NCBI GenBank assembly: GCA_937625935.1
Contig: OW569355.1
Coordinates: forward strand, 124,001-188,000
Direction: 5' to 3'
Length of the DNA: 64,000 bases
DNA from: Tetramitus jugosus
Lineage: Eukaryota; Protista; Heterolobosea
Position numbers and translations under genes: made by a program. Below the pieces are notes generated by a model that saw only the letters and a list, made by a program, of their open reading frames with translations, ran no database searches and was not told where the DNA came from. Shown in pieces: positions 47,080 to 57,547 of this stretch. Within the stretch, counting starts at the first letter, position 1. Each line of letters starts with the position of its first letter.

Positions 47080-48654
47080 ATGGCGTCTGCAACAACAATA
47101 GAAAAATCAGAACACGAGGGTATCCGATCTTACTATATCAGCAAGATTGACGAGAAGGAAATTTTGCTCAGAGACAAGAAGGAAAATTTGAGACGTTTGC
47201 AAGCTCAGAGAAATGAATTGAACTCTAGAGGTACGATCGCATATTCACAGCAACTTTTTCAAGTGTGAGCACACACAGCCATCCACAGACATCACAACTG
47301 TAGTTTGGGCTGACTCGCACAAAAACAAGAACCAACACAATACTGACTCTCATTCTCTCTCTTTTTTCTATATGTGTCTTATTTGCATACATGCCTGATA
47401 TGATATTATTCGAATATATGTATGCGTTCATTACTACCTCTATGCTATTCTGTTGCTTCATGTCAACAACACAGTGCGTCTCCTCAAGGAAGAATTGCAC
47501 ATGCTTCAGGAACCTGGCAGCTATGTTGGTGAAGTTGTCAAAGTCATGGGCAAGAAGAAGGTGTTGGTCAAGGTGAACCCCGAGGGCAAATACGTTGTTG
47601 ATATCGACAAGGCAATCGACATTACAAAACTGACACCAAACACTCGTGTGGCTCTGCGAAATGATTCCTACATGCTGCACAAGGTGCTACCAAACAAGGT
47701 TGATCCACTTATCAGTCTCATGAAGGTCGAAAAAGTGCCTGATGCAACATATGAGATGGTTGGTGGTCTGGACAAGCAGATTAAGGAAGTCAAGGAAGTT
47801 ATCGAATTGCCAATCAAGCATCCAGAGTTGTTTGACAGCTTGGGTATCGCACAGCCAAAGGGAGTGATCATGTACGGTCCACCGGGCACTGGAAAGGTTT
47901 GTTTTTTTTCGTCATGTACTTTTTGTCCTTGCATTGAATGTACCTTTGACTCACGCTTTATACACACATACATGCTGCATGCACACGCACACCATTCATG
48001 AACACTCACACATAATAGACCTTGTTGGCCAGAGCAGTGGCACATCACACTGATTGTACATTTATTCGTGTCTCTGGATCCGAACTGGTTCAAAAGTATA
48101 TTGGTGAGGGATCGAGAATGGTGAGAGAATTGTTCGTCATGGCACGTGAACACGCACCTTCCATTATCTTCATGGATGAGATTGATAGTATTGGCAGTTC
48201 TCGTATCGAAGCTGGCAGCGGTGGTGGTGACTCTGAGGTGCAACGTACCATGTTGGAGTTGTTGAATCAGTTGGACGGTTTCGAAGCAACATCGAGCATC
48301 AAGGTTATCATGGCAACGAATCGTCTCGATATTTTGGACCCTGCACTGTTGAGACCTGGACGTATCGATAGAAAGATTGAGTTCCCTCATCCGACCGAGG
48401 AGGCCAGATTGGACATTTTGAAGATTCACAGCAGAAGAATGAATCTTACCAGAGGTATCAACTTGAAGAAGGTGGCCGATAAGTTGTCTGGTGCATCAGG
48501 TGCCGAAATTAAGGCCACGTGCACAGAAGCCGGTATGTTTGCTCTGAGAGAGCGACGTGTCCATGTCAATCAAGAAGACTTGGAGATGGCTGTGGCCAAG
48601 GTGATGAAGAGAGGAGAGGAGCGCAACATGAGTATAAGGAAACTATTCCGTTAA
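47080..48654 (+). CDS. PSMC5: 26S proteasome AAA-ATPase Rpt6; introns 47231-47474 and 47897-48018
   Basis: [27 protein letters not shown]|[29 protein letters not shown]. Confidence 0.97.
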
Positions 48655-48785
48655 ACAACAATCAACGTTTACTTGTGTATGTTTTGTGCTTGAGGATCTG
48701 TACAGTAACACAATACATTTTATATCTATAAACACTAAAATAATGTATCACCTGATCCACCCACCACCATTGGTCATTGTTATTA

Positions 48786-49607
48786 TTATTCATCAACGTC
48801 TGCCTTTTTGTAAATGACTTCAGTCTTATTGTCGTGCTGTGCGGCCCATCTGGCAGCAGCAAAGAAAAAGTCACTCAAACGATTCAAGTAGATCTGAACG
48901 ACCACATCGGTGCAACCGTCTCTCACAAGAGGCACCACACTTCTCTCTGCTCTTCTGCACACAGTTCTCACAACATGCAGCTGACTTGCACTCAATCCAC
49001 CACTCGGCAAAATAAAGTTCTTGAGAGGAGGCAACTCCGAATCCAATTCATCAATCCACTTTTCAATGACGGTAACATTCTGATCACTGAATTGTGTGCG
49101 GCGCAACTTGTTTTCGTTTCTTGTAGTATCGATTGGTGTAGCAATGCACGATCCAATGTCTAACAATCGACTCTGGATCACTTCCAACTTGTCTGTCAGA
49201 GTCTGATTGTTTGCCTGGTTGCAAAATTCACATGCAAGTCCAATGTGAGCATTCATTTCATCCACGTGGCCCAGTGCTTCAAAAATCACATCGTCTTTTG
49301 GTTTTCTCTTTCCATTGTAGAGACTTGATTCACCACGATCACCAGTCTTTGTGTACAGCATGCTCTTCTTGAGAGTCTTTGTTTGTTCTGCTTCCTCGAG
49401 GTGGTTTTCTTGTTGTTCTTGTTGTTGGCTCATGGTGTTGATGGCAGTTGTCGATATGTTTTTCAGTTTTTGATCAAATTGTTTTGAAATCATCAATGGA
49501 ATATTGGTGCATGTGTGGGTGAAGCTTGAGAAGAGTTTGGGTTGCTGTTGGTGAGAACAGCTGCGACACTTCTGACTCACAAGTTTTCTTGATCCGACGA
49601 GTAGCAT
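48786..49607 (-). CDS. MMAB: Cob(I)alamin adenosyltransferase (PduO/MMAB type) with presumptive mitochondrial presequence
   Basis: YTKTGDRGES, EALGHVDE, LPPLKNFILPSG, RTVCRRAER, YLNRLSDFFF. Confidence 0.94.
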   Translation of the reverse strand: MLLVGSRKLVSQKCRSCSHQQQPKLFSSFTHTCTNIPLMISKQFDQKLKNISTTAINTMSQQQEQQENHLEEAEQTKTLKKSMLYTKTGDRGESSLYNGKRKPKDDVIFEALGHVDEMNAHIGLACEFCNQANNQTLTDKLEVIQSRLLDIGSCIATPIDTTRNENKLRRTQFSDQNVTVIEKWIDELDSELPPLKNFILPSGGLSASQLHVVRTVCRRAERSVVPLVRDGCTDVVVQIYLNRLSDFFFAAARWAAQHDNKTEVIYKKADVDE

Positions 49608-49693
49608 GTTGTGTGTTTGTTTGTGTGGAGAAGAGAATAGGATACAGGAGATTAAGTACACCACGGGGTTGAGAGTAACAAAATCCTCTCTTT

Positions 49694-52207
49694 TTACTCT
49701 CCAAAAATTTCATGTAGTGGCTGAGGACTACAAACACCATTGTCAATATTGGATTCCGCAAGAGATATCATACGATCCACAAAGAAATAACTCTGGTGGG
49801 TTCTCTGACCAGACAGTAGCAGTGACTTGACAGCTTTGTAATGGTCAATTGCTTCCGAGAAGGAATAATTCAGGAATGCGTCACGTGCAGTCATCAACTT
49901 ATCTTCAATAGCAATCGTGTCTTGATCAGCTTCTTCTCTAGGGCAAATGGGGCGATATACTCGAATCGGATTGTTGTTTCGACCTCGGACTGCCACATAG
50001 GCCACATACTCACACACGAATGCATGCTTCACCAGTTCAAACGTTTCTTCACCAATCAAAATATTCGTACCAAATTCCTTGTTTAGAGCCTCGAGTCTCT
50101 GCGCGCAGTTGACTGAGTCACCAAGTGCTGTAAAGTTCAATCGACGAGAGCTTCCACAGTTGCCCACGAGTGCATTTCCACTGTTGATTCCAATACGAAT
50201 CTGAAGCTCTGGCAATCCCTGTTCTCTCCACATCTCACGCAGTTCAATCATTTTGTTCTGGCAGTTGCATGCAGCTTGGCATACAGATAGCGCATGAGCC
50301 TGCCGATCGATCCACAGTGCCATAATGCAATCACCGATATACTTATCAACTAGTCCATTGTCATCCTCAATAATTGAGCTAATCTCTTCAAAATAGTCTC
50401 CGACGACTTCCAGCAATTTGGATAATTCCTGGGAGTGCATCTGTGATGTGAATCCAACAATATCAGCGAACATGATCGAAATGGAGTCATAGGGTCTCAT
50501 TCCGAGTCGAGATGATGTCCTCTCAGACAAAATGTTCTGTAACACAACATCTGGCACATAGTGCTTGAACGACCGGAGTGTGTGAGTCAGTACATCGATA
50601 CTCTCCTGAATCGTGCGTATTTCGTGAAAGGGATTCGACTTCAATCCACAATATCTATCCTTCTCATATGTATCGACATCGAAATTCGACAATTTCAATA
50701 GTCGTCGCTGCATGCTATACAATGGTTGTGTAATTGCTTGTGTCACAACAAGAACAGCAATCGTACCCAGTAAGATGGACGCAAACGATACAATAATCAC
50801 AATAATAGACGATTTGAAAATGACACTCCAAAATGTCCTATGTTCTACAATGACAACCAGTATCCAGTCCAGTCCATACGCATCTCGATAGTTTAACGTT
50901 TCATAGTAATAGGTATTGGAGTTATAATCTAGTGAACCAGATCGAGTCCTGTTGTTGTCACCATATGGTGTATGTTCATTGTTGTTGTTTGTCATTCGTG
51001 TTTGACTGCTACGATGCCTCTCTGCACCTATAATCGCCTTAACCACACGCCTCGTTAATCCATCCTGCTCACTCATTGTCACATTCTGACCGATGAGTAC
51101 TTTGTCCTGATCCAAGGACGATGCAATCAATATGCCATTTCTGTCCATGAGGAATGCAGTGGTCGATGGAATCTGGGTGACCGATCGTTGCATGCACTGA
51201 GAGATGCGCTTGAGTGGCATTTGAGTGGCAAATATACCCTCGAGAGTGCCATTGATGGGATGATAAACTGGATAGGTCAGTGCAATTGATAAGCTCACTG
51301 TCTGATTCAGGGCACCGAGACTCATGAACGTGTCGCTCCATGTGATATGTCCCACACGCTTCGTCTTAATGTACCACGGCCTTGTGACCACAGAGTACGA
51401 TACATCTCTCCTGGACACGTTGATCGGCTGACCCAGGTCATTTGTATTGAAACTGAACAGAACATTGGGAACAGTTTCATTCTGGACAGAAACCTGATTG
51501 AATGAGTTGACCATGATGAACTCATCCTTTTCTGTGCCATAGTACACCAGATCAGTACTACCATCAAACACCTGTTTCAATCCATAGAAGAACTGTGCCA
51601 TGTCCATGTGGCGCGAACAGTTTAATCGACCTTGTTCAAGATTGGTCTTGATAATGTTAATGATTGTGGGTCCCTTTGCCATGAATTGTGACACTGAACT
51701 GAAGACGTTCTGAACAACTTGGTGTTGACCTCTGGTTCTCGCTACTTGAATCGATGATTGGCCTGCATTATAGAGCAGTAGCCACGAACAACCAATGGTC
51801 AACACACCGTGCATCAAGAACAGAATCATGAGAACGACTCGAACATTGAAGCAGCAGAGTATGGCGGATTTTGTTCTCCGACAACACGACTGCCGTTTAT
51901 CAAGAGGTAAATTTGGTTGTTCTTGTTGGTTCAATTCGTCTTGACTCCTCCTGCTGTTGTTGTTCCTGTGGAGGTTGTTGTCCGATGTCGTTATTGTTGT
52001 CGATGTTCTTGCCAAAGTGATAGAGTCATCATGGCAGCTGCTGCTACTGTCACTGAACGAGTGATTATCATTGTCGTTCAAGAGAGCGACGATTGATGTT
52101 GTGGTTGTACTTGTCCGATCATGATTCTGGGAGTGATGATAATTGTTGTTGTTGTTCTTGAGATGACAACTACTGGATGTAGTAGATGTATTCCTGCTAT
52201 GATCCAT
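49694..52207 (-). CDS. Membrane adenylyl cyclase (TM-dCache-TM-HAMP-class III cyclase)
   Basis: RPWY Cache motif, YGLDW, MFADIVGFT, DKYIGDCIMA, RIGINSG, TALGDSVNCAQRLE. Confidence 0.92.
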   Translation of the reverse strand: MDHSRNTSTTSSSCHLKNNNNNYHHSQNHDRTSTTTTSIVALLNDNDNHSFSDSSSSCHDDSITLARTSTTITTSDNNLHRNNNSRRSQDELNQQEQPNLPLDKRQSCCRRTKSAILCCFNVRVVLMILFLMHGVLTIGCSWLLLYNAGQSSIQVARTRGQHQVVQNVFSSVSQFMAKGPTIINIIKTNLEQGRLNCSRHMDMAQFFYGLKQVFDGSTDLVYYGTEKDEFIMVNSFNQVSVQNETVPNVLFSFNTNDLGQPINVSRRDVSYSVVTRPWYIKTKRVGHITWSDTFMSLGALNQTVSLSIALTYPVYHPINGTLEGIFATQMPLKRISQCMQRSVTQIPSTTAFLMDRNGILIASSLDQDKVLIGQNVTMSEQDGLTRRVVKAIIGAERHRSSQTRMTNNNNEHTPYGDNNRTRSGSLDYNSNTYYYETLNYRDAYGLDWILVVIVEHRTFWSVIFKSSIIVIIVSFASILLGTIAVLVVTQAITQPLYSMQRRLLKLSNFDVDTYEKDRYCGLKSNPFHEIRTIQESIDVLTHTLRSFKHYVPDVVLQNILSERTSSRLGMRPYDSISIMFADIVGFTSQMHSQELSKLLEVVGDYFEEISSIIEDDNGLVDKYIGDCIMALWIDRQAHALSVCQAACNCQNKMIELREMWREQGLPELQIRIGINSGNALVGNCGSSRRLNFTALGDSVNCAQRLEALNKEFGTNILIGEETFELVKHAFVCEYVAYVAVRGRNNNPIRVYRPICPREEADQDTIAIEDKLMTARDAFLNYSFSEAIDHYKAVKSLLLSGQRTHQSYFFVDRMISLAESNIDNGVCSPQPLHEIFGE

Positions 52208-52965
52208 CTGTTGCTGTTGTTGTTGTTGTTGTTTGGGCAGGTTCTCTCTGAATGCCGGTTTTTCTGCAAAGTATTCTCTGGGGGTTCAGAATATTGTACG
52301 TGCAAGCCGTGCCGAAGAAAACTGATGTTTTCTGATTCGCTCAATGGACCGGTCTCAATCTTCCTAAAAGTTACTCGCACGAGCAATCGAATACAAAAAC
52401 TGATATTCTTTTTGTTTTAGGCAGGATCGTGTGTCGCTTCGCCAATCGCTTTAAAGCGATCTCGGTTGCAGGAATTTTCTCGGAAAAGGATCTGATCTCT
52501 TCAAGAGTCTCAAAATTCAGCATGCCAGTTGTGGAAATCGATTCCCTTTTTGTTCGTCCGCACTGGGGGAATTCTGATCCGAGCGGAATGTCAATAACCC
52601 CACATATAGAGATATTGTTATATGAAAGAGATGCTTTCTTTGTATGGGTGCGATCATTGCCCATTTTATTGGTCGGATCGGTCAAGAGACACAATGATGG
52701 TAGAGAACGCTTGCGCCATTGCCGGAGCAGAAATCATTCCAACATAAAGGAATGAGCGACAAGAGAATTTCCTGTCACCTTTTTGATTTCCGCACCAGAG
52801 ACACTTGTCTTTCGTGAGGAATAATGAATGAGGCGAGGGCCATCCTTTTTTACCTCCACAAGATGCAATCCTTTATGATACATCATGTGATCCATTTGTG
52901 TGTGTGACGGACACACACACTATATATGCATTGCTCTCTCTCTCCTATTTGAGACAAAGTCATGT

Positions 52966-53655
52966 TCAAGACCGGTATCCCATGAGCCACTCGAGTCTAA
53001 ATTGACGCTTTTCATCTCGATTCACAGTTTCTGTAGTAGTCGTAGTAGAAGCAGCAGCAACAGTCGTTGTTGCAGGTGATAATGATGAGGTGGTTGGTTC
53101 TTCTAAAGTCATTGTTTGAGAAACAACAGGAGAGGGCATAGTTGTCATAGTGGTATCACCCATGATGGACAGAGGTTTCAATGGCGATAATGATGACTCT
53201 TGTTGTTGTAGTCGTCTGCTGTTGTCATGATCCATCGCAACAATTGATTCATCAATCAAATCATCATCTACAGCATCTACAGCATCTATCGCATCATCAT
53301 CATCCACTAGATAGAGATATCGCTTGGGTAATCGTTGTTCATCTCTCAAATATTCTAGATATTCTCTCTTGAACACCCATGGCATTTGATCCATGGTTGT
53401 GTAGACATTTCTCTTTCGAACAGCCAATCTCTTGGTTGACATTTCATCACGCAGCAATTTGGCCTTGACACACCATCTGAACTCTTCCCAATCTTCTCTA
53501 CAGGATCTGTAACCACCGTGTTCATACATGGTGTTCATTTGAGATTTTCCACCGCGACACAGTGCAAATTTATCAAAGTAGTAGCGACATTTCAATTCGG
53601 GTGATAGCCGATCTTCTATTGGATCTGGAAATGGTTTTAACCAACTCTCAAACAT
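52966..53655 (-). CDS. DUF3128/EMI1/C22orf39-like twin-cysteine protein
   Basis: CRYYFDKFALC...QMNTMYEHGGYRSCREDWEEFRWC...PWVFKR. Confidence 0.75.
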   Translation of the reverse strand: MFESWLKPFPDPIEDRLSPELKCRYYFDKFALCRGGKSQMNTMYEHGGYRSCREDWEEFRWCVKAKLLRDEMSTKRLAVRKRNVYTTMDQMPWVFKREYLEYLRDEQRLPKRYLYLVDDDDAIDAVDAVDDDLIDESIVAMDHDNSRRLQQQESSLSPLKPLSIMGDTTMTTMPSPVVSQTMTLEEPTTSSLSPATTTVAAASTTTTTETVNRDEKRQFRLEWLMGYRS

Positions 53656-53903
53656 GATGATTATTTCTCTCTGTCTAATCTACAGGACAAGTTGTTTGTG
53701 CTTCTTTGGGTGTTGAATGAATTGTTTTCACACTCTTCTTTTTTTTGTTGGAGAAATGATCATCTCAACTCCGCTCGGAGAGATTCTCCCTTGTAAAGTG
53801 ATGTCAAGTGTCAATCATAGCCGAAGAAGCACCACAAGAGCCACAACAATCTCAAAAACAAAAACACTCACATTCATATAATAATCATCATCACAGAACA
53901 AGA

Positions 53904-55538
53904 ATGAAGAAAACAAAGACTTCAAGCAGCAGCAAGCCTAAATCAGCAGCACCAGTCGAATTGCCAAACATTTCTCATCCTCCACTCAAGGAATATGACA
54001 TTCAATTCAGTCTCATCAACAACAATCACAACAACAATAACGATATCAATGATAACAATAGTAGCAACAAGGAAGAATTTCGAGTTGTTGCAGATTCCGT
54101 CTACTATTCCAATTATCAACTATTGTTCACTGTGGATCAACAACAACAACAAGAGGTTCTCGTATACAAGGTCAATGCATCATCATCAACTGTATCATCA
54201 CCTTCATTTGAATTGATTCACATCGTTAGACAACCACCATCCAAATCACTCGTATCCAAACCATCATCCAACAACACAATCAACTACATGCATGTCGATA
54301 AACTAAAGAAATGGTTGTTTATCAATTATAGATCATCAGGATTGCACGTCCATGATATCACTGCCATTCTCAACAATAACAACATCATCAACAATACGAC
54401 TACTACTACTACTACTACTACTACTTCAACAACAACAACATCATTGATTGCGTCCAACATTCTCGGTACCAGCAACTACTATGCAATTGCAATTGATGAA
54501 CTGTACAAGAATCAAAAGATTGTTACATTGAACACGCAGGGACTATCAGTCTACGAGTATCATAAACCAGAGAGCGCAACAACCACCACAACATCATCTA
54601 CCACCACCACCAGTGCAAAAATTGATTATCGAACCAATAGAGTTCAAATGACAACCAAGCAGCGAAGCGTACACATGAGTCTGTCTCACATGAGTGAACA
54701 ATCACTAGAGTTTAGTTATGTCAAGTGCGTAGGTGATTACATTATGATTGCTCAACCGAGAGCAAGCATGAATTATACGTTGGTACAGTTGGATGCCACC
54801 ATCAAGGCATTTTCTCACAGTGGCAACAACAACAATAGCATGTTGAATATTGAAGATTTGACAAAGTCATCGAGTAGTGAGACGAGTGGTGAGTCATCGC
54901 CATCACCGTCATCACCACTACCATCACACTCGTCACACTCGTCAGCATCAGTCAAGACGAGAAGAGTCAAGTCATCGACCACAGTTCAAGACACCATTAT
55001 TCCTAATCAGTGGCCCATGTATGGCAAATTGGACAATCACTTTCCAAAGATTGTTCGACTGTTCGGTAAGGCTGTCCTGTTGAGAGCAGGTAGAAATCGA
55101 TTGGTGACTGGTGAGTTGTCAGGCATTGTGACAACAACGAACAGTCAGTCCTATGCAAACAACAGAGATCCAATCACTGGTAGCAACTATCAGTACAGAG
55201 CAAGTGAATACATTTTTGATCAATCGTTGGTTGATGTTGCGTTGAGTGGTGTGTGGTTAACTGGTGTCTATGCATCATCATCCAGCAGCACTCACATTAT
55301 TCTGGATGCAGCTCAAGTTGTGCAGCCACATCATCATGGTGGCGACAACAACGCTGAGTCCGTTGCTACCGAACAACAGGAAGAACAGGAAGTGCATCAT
55401 GTCAAGTGTCAATTACCAATTGTGAATGCATTGACGGGCGCTGCTGATGAGAGATTAGAGATTGTAGCTGTTGGCAATGGAGACTTTATTGTTGTTGTGT
55501 GTGGTGATTTGTATTATATTGAAGCCAAGTACGAATAA
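53904..55538 (+). CDS. Hypothetical protein (beta-rich segments separated by low-complexity tracts)
   Basis: Long open frame; first ATG at 53904; poly-N/T/S inserts typical of genes in this window. Confidence 0.7.
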   Translation: MKKTKTSSSSKPKSAAPVELPNISHPPLKEYDIQFSLINNNHNNNNDINDNNSSNKEEFRVVADSVYYSNYQLLFTVDQQQQQEVLVYKVNASSSTVSSPSFELIHIVRQPPSKSLVSKPSSNNTINYMHVDKLKKWLFINYRSSGLHVHDITAILNNNNIINNTTTTTTTTTTSTTTTSLIASNILGTSNYYAIAIDELYKNQKIVTLNTQGLSVYEYHKPESATTTTTSSTTTTSAKIDYRTNRVQMTTKQRSVHMSLSHMSEQSLEFSYVKCVGDYIMIAQPRASMNYTLVQLDATIKAFSHSGNNNNSMLNIEDLTKSSSSETSGESSPSPSSPLPSHSSHSSASVKTRRVKSSTTVQDTIIPNQWPMYGKLDNHFPKIVRLFGKAVLLRAGRNRLVTGELSGIVTTTNSQSYANNRDPITGSNYQYRASEYIFDQSLVDVALSGVWLTGVYASSSSSTHIILDAAQVVQPHHHGGDNNAESVATEQQEEQEVHHVKCQLPIVNALTGAADERLEIVAVGNGDFIVVVCGDLYYIEAKYE

Positions 55539-55641
55539 AGTGTGTAACAGATTTACTGTGTTGATAGTGTATAAAGTATGACGTTGTAAACCAAACACGA
55601 CCGGATAATAGAGACATAGAGTTCTTATGGGATCACAGTGA

Positions 55642-57453
55642 CTAGTATTGTGAGTCTCTGAATTGATCACACCAGGAAATGACATCCTTCGAATTGATGG
55701 CTACTTCTGGTCCTTGTGCTTTCTTCTTGTACCAGATCAGCAATCTAGGAACCACCAATTGTGAACCCACGCTCTCTCCATAGTTTTCTTCCCATTGTGT
55801 AACTTTCACTTTTCCATAATACTGAACTACAAGAGCATACTCTGGCACCTTTGGAGGAATGTCAGTCTGCATTTTGATCACTCTAAAATATTCTCGCTCG
55901 TTGATTCTGGGTGGTGTGAGTGTCGAGAACAGATTGTCCTGGTATTGTGGGTAGAGGAGAGCTATCTTGTCCTCACCTTTAAATTGTTTCTGAGGTTGTA
56001 TCTTTGCCTCTGTTGATAAAAAAGCAGTGAGTAAGTGTCATATACTATACTACCAAAATGAATGATACGAACGTTCATACTGGTCCTCAAAGCTTTTATC
56101 CACAGAGAGGCACGCATACAACTTTGCTTTGCTTCCAAAGATTTCGTCGCTGTTGGGTATTGTCGTTGGACTCAAGTACACTCTGTTCGATAAAACTAAC
56201 CACAGTAATTGATTAATCTACGGAAAAACGATGCAGATGATAAGTTACTAACCAACTTGTCAAAGAGATGATATGAAGTGATGGCACATATTTGTACATA
56301 CAACATCGACTGGTAGTGCACTGTTTTCCTGGAGATAACCACCAGCTAATAGTTTTTTCAGACCTTTGAGTGATGGAATGTCATTTAACATCTGACTGGA
56401 AAGTTTACCGCCGTAATCTGACCATCGCATCTGCTTATCATGATAGATACAGGGGAATGGGCTATAATAGCCGCTTGCTTCCTTTTTCAATAGTGACAAC
56501 ATGTATCGCAGAAGGTGTTCCTCATTCTTGAGATAATGTCTCAGCAATGAAAATCCAAACCCAGACGTTCTTGCACGGTTCAAATTCGCCATGGCATCCA
56601 CGAATCCAGGTCTATATCCCAAAGTAACCTTTCTTCCAGATATCAAACACTTGGAGTTGCATGTTTGAATCTCTGAATACACCAACTGAACCATTCTAGA
56701 CAGCAGTCCACCACGTACAATCTCTTCAACCAGTACCCAGAAACGAGAGTAACTTTCGAAGAGCCGAATGAGAGCACTCTGGAGCAACATGGACAAGCCA
56801 AAGTCATTTCTGTGCTGACTCATACGAGTTGCCCTCCTCAAAGGTGAATTGAATGCGTCAGCTTCTGCGAATTCGTTCTTCTTTGGTTCTTCCTTCAGTG
56901 CCTTCCTCTGCTGTTTCGTCTGCTTCTTCTGCTTTCCCTTGACATCGTGTAGTCTTGACGGTTGAAACACTTGTTCATGCACAGAGCTATCGTTTATTGT
57001 CTTGAGATAGTTTGCTCCTCCCAGATCCACCTTCACATACACAACAATCTCGCTCTTCTTGTCAATGAATCTCCCGCCAAAAAAATTGTCTGACGCGTTA
57101 GGAAATAATCGTAGAGGATTCAAGTTCAAAATGATATGAACAAATTGTTCCTCTGTTTGGTTCTCGGTAAATGTCAACAGATCTGGGTGGCAATTGTTGT
57201 CACTGCTTTCAGTCTGTTCATGACAAGATTGAGTTTTGGACTTCATCTGGGATTGTAGTTCCTCGTGTGTCAGGACAAGACAACCGCATAGTCCACCTGC
57301 AGTCAACAACAATTGTTTGGCTTCATTTCGTAAGCTTTCAATCATAGATTGAAGAGTCAATGGAGTGATATTTGGTTCATGGATGAGAAATGGCTGATTT
57401 GCATCACCTAGAACTTGTTCAATGCAAATTCGACTCTTGGTTTCTGTCGTCAT
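55642..57453 (-). CDS. Divergent PARP6/PARP8-like protein; 3 exons (introns 56218-56301 and 56010-56072)
   Basis: GT-AG introns join three frames. YYSPFP, LLWLVLSNR and VVPRLLIWY recall PARP6/8 segments; the catalytic FHGS motif is not visible. Confidence 0.55.
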
Positions 57454-57547
57454 CTGGTTTTTTGTTGTTTTCTGCAATTTTCTCGATCTGCTGCAAAAAA
57501 ACAATTGCTTTCATTTTCAGAATGTATTCCGTGAAAACCGATTTTCC

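Noticed and set aside
47668-48429. 253-aa antisense ORF over RPT6, and many other shadow ORFs
   Set aside because: Antisense or alternative-frame shadows of conserved or low-complexity CDSs.
52690-52830. Possible decayed RING finger (CLWC...C/H/C) on the minus strand
   Set aside because: Requires two frameshifts; could be chance.
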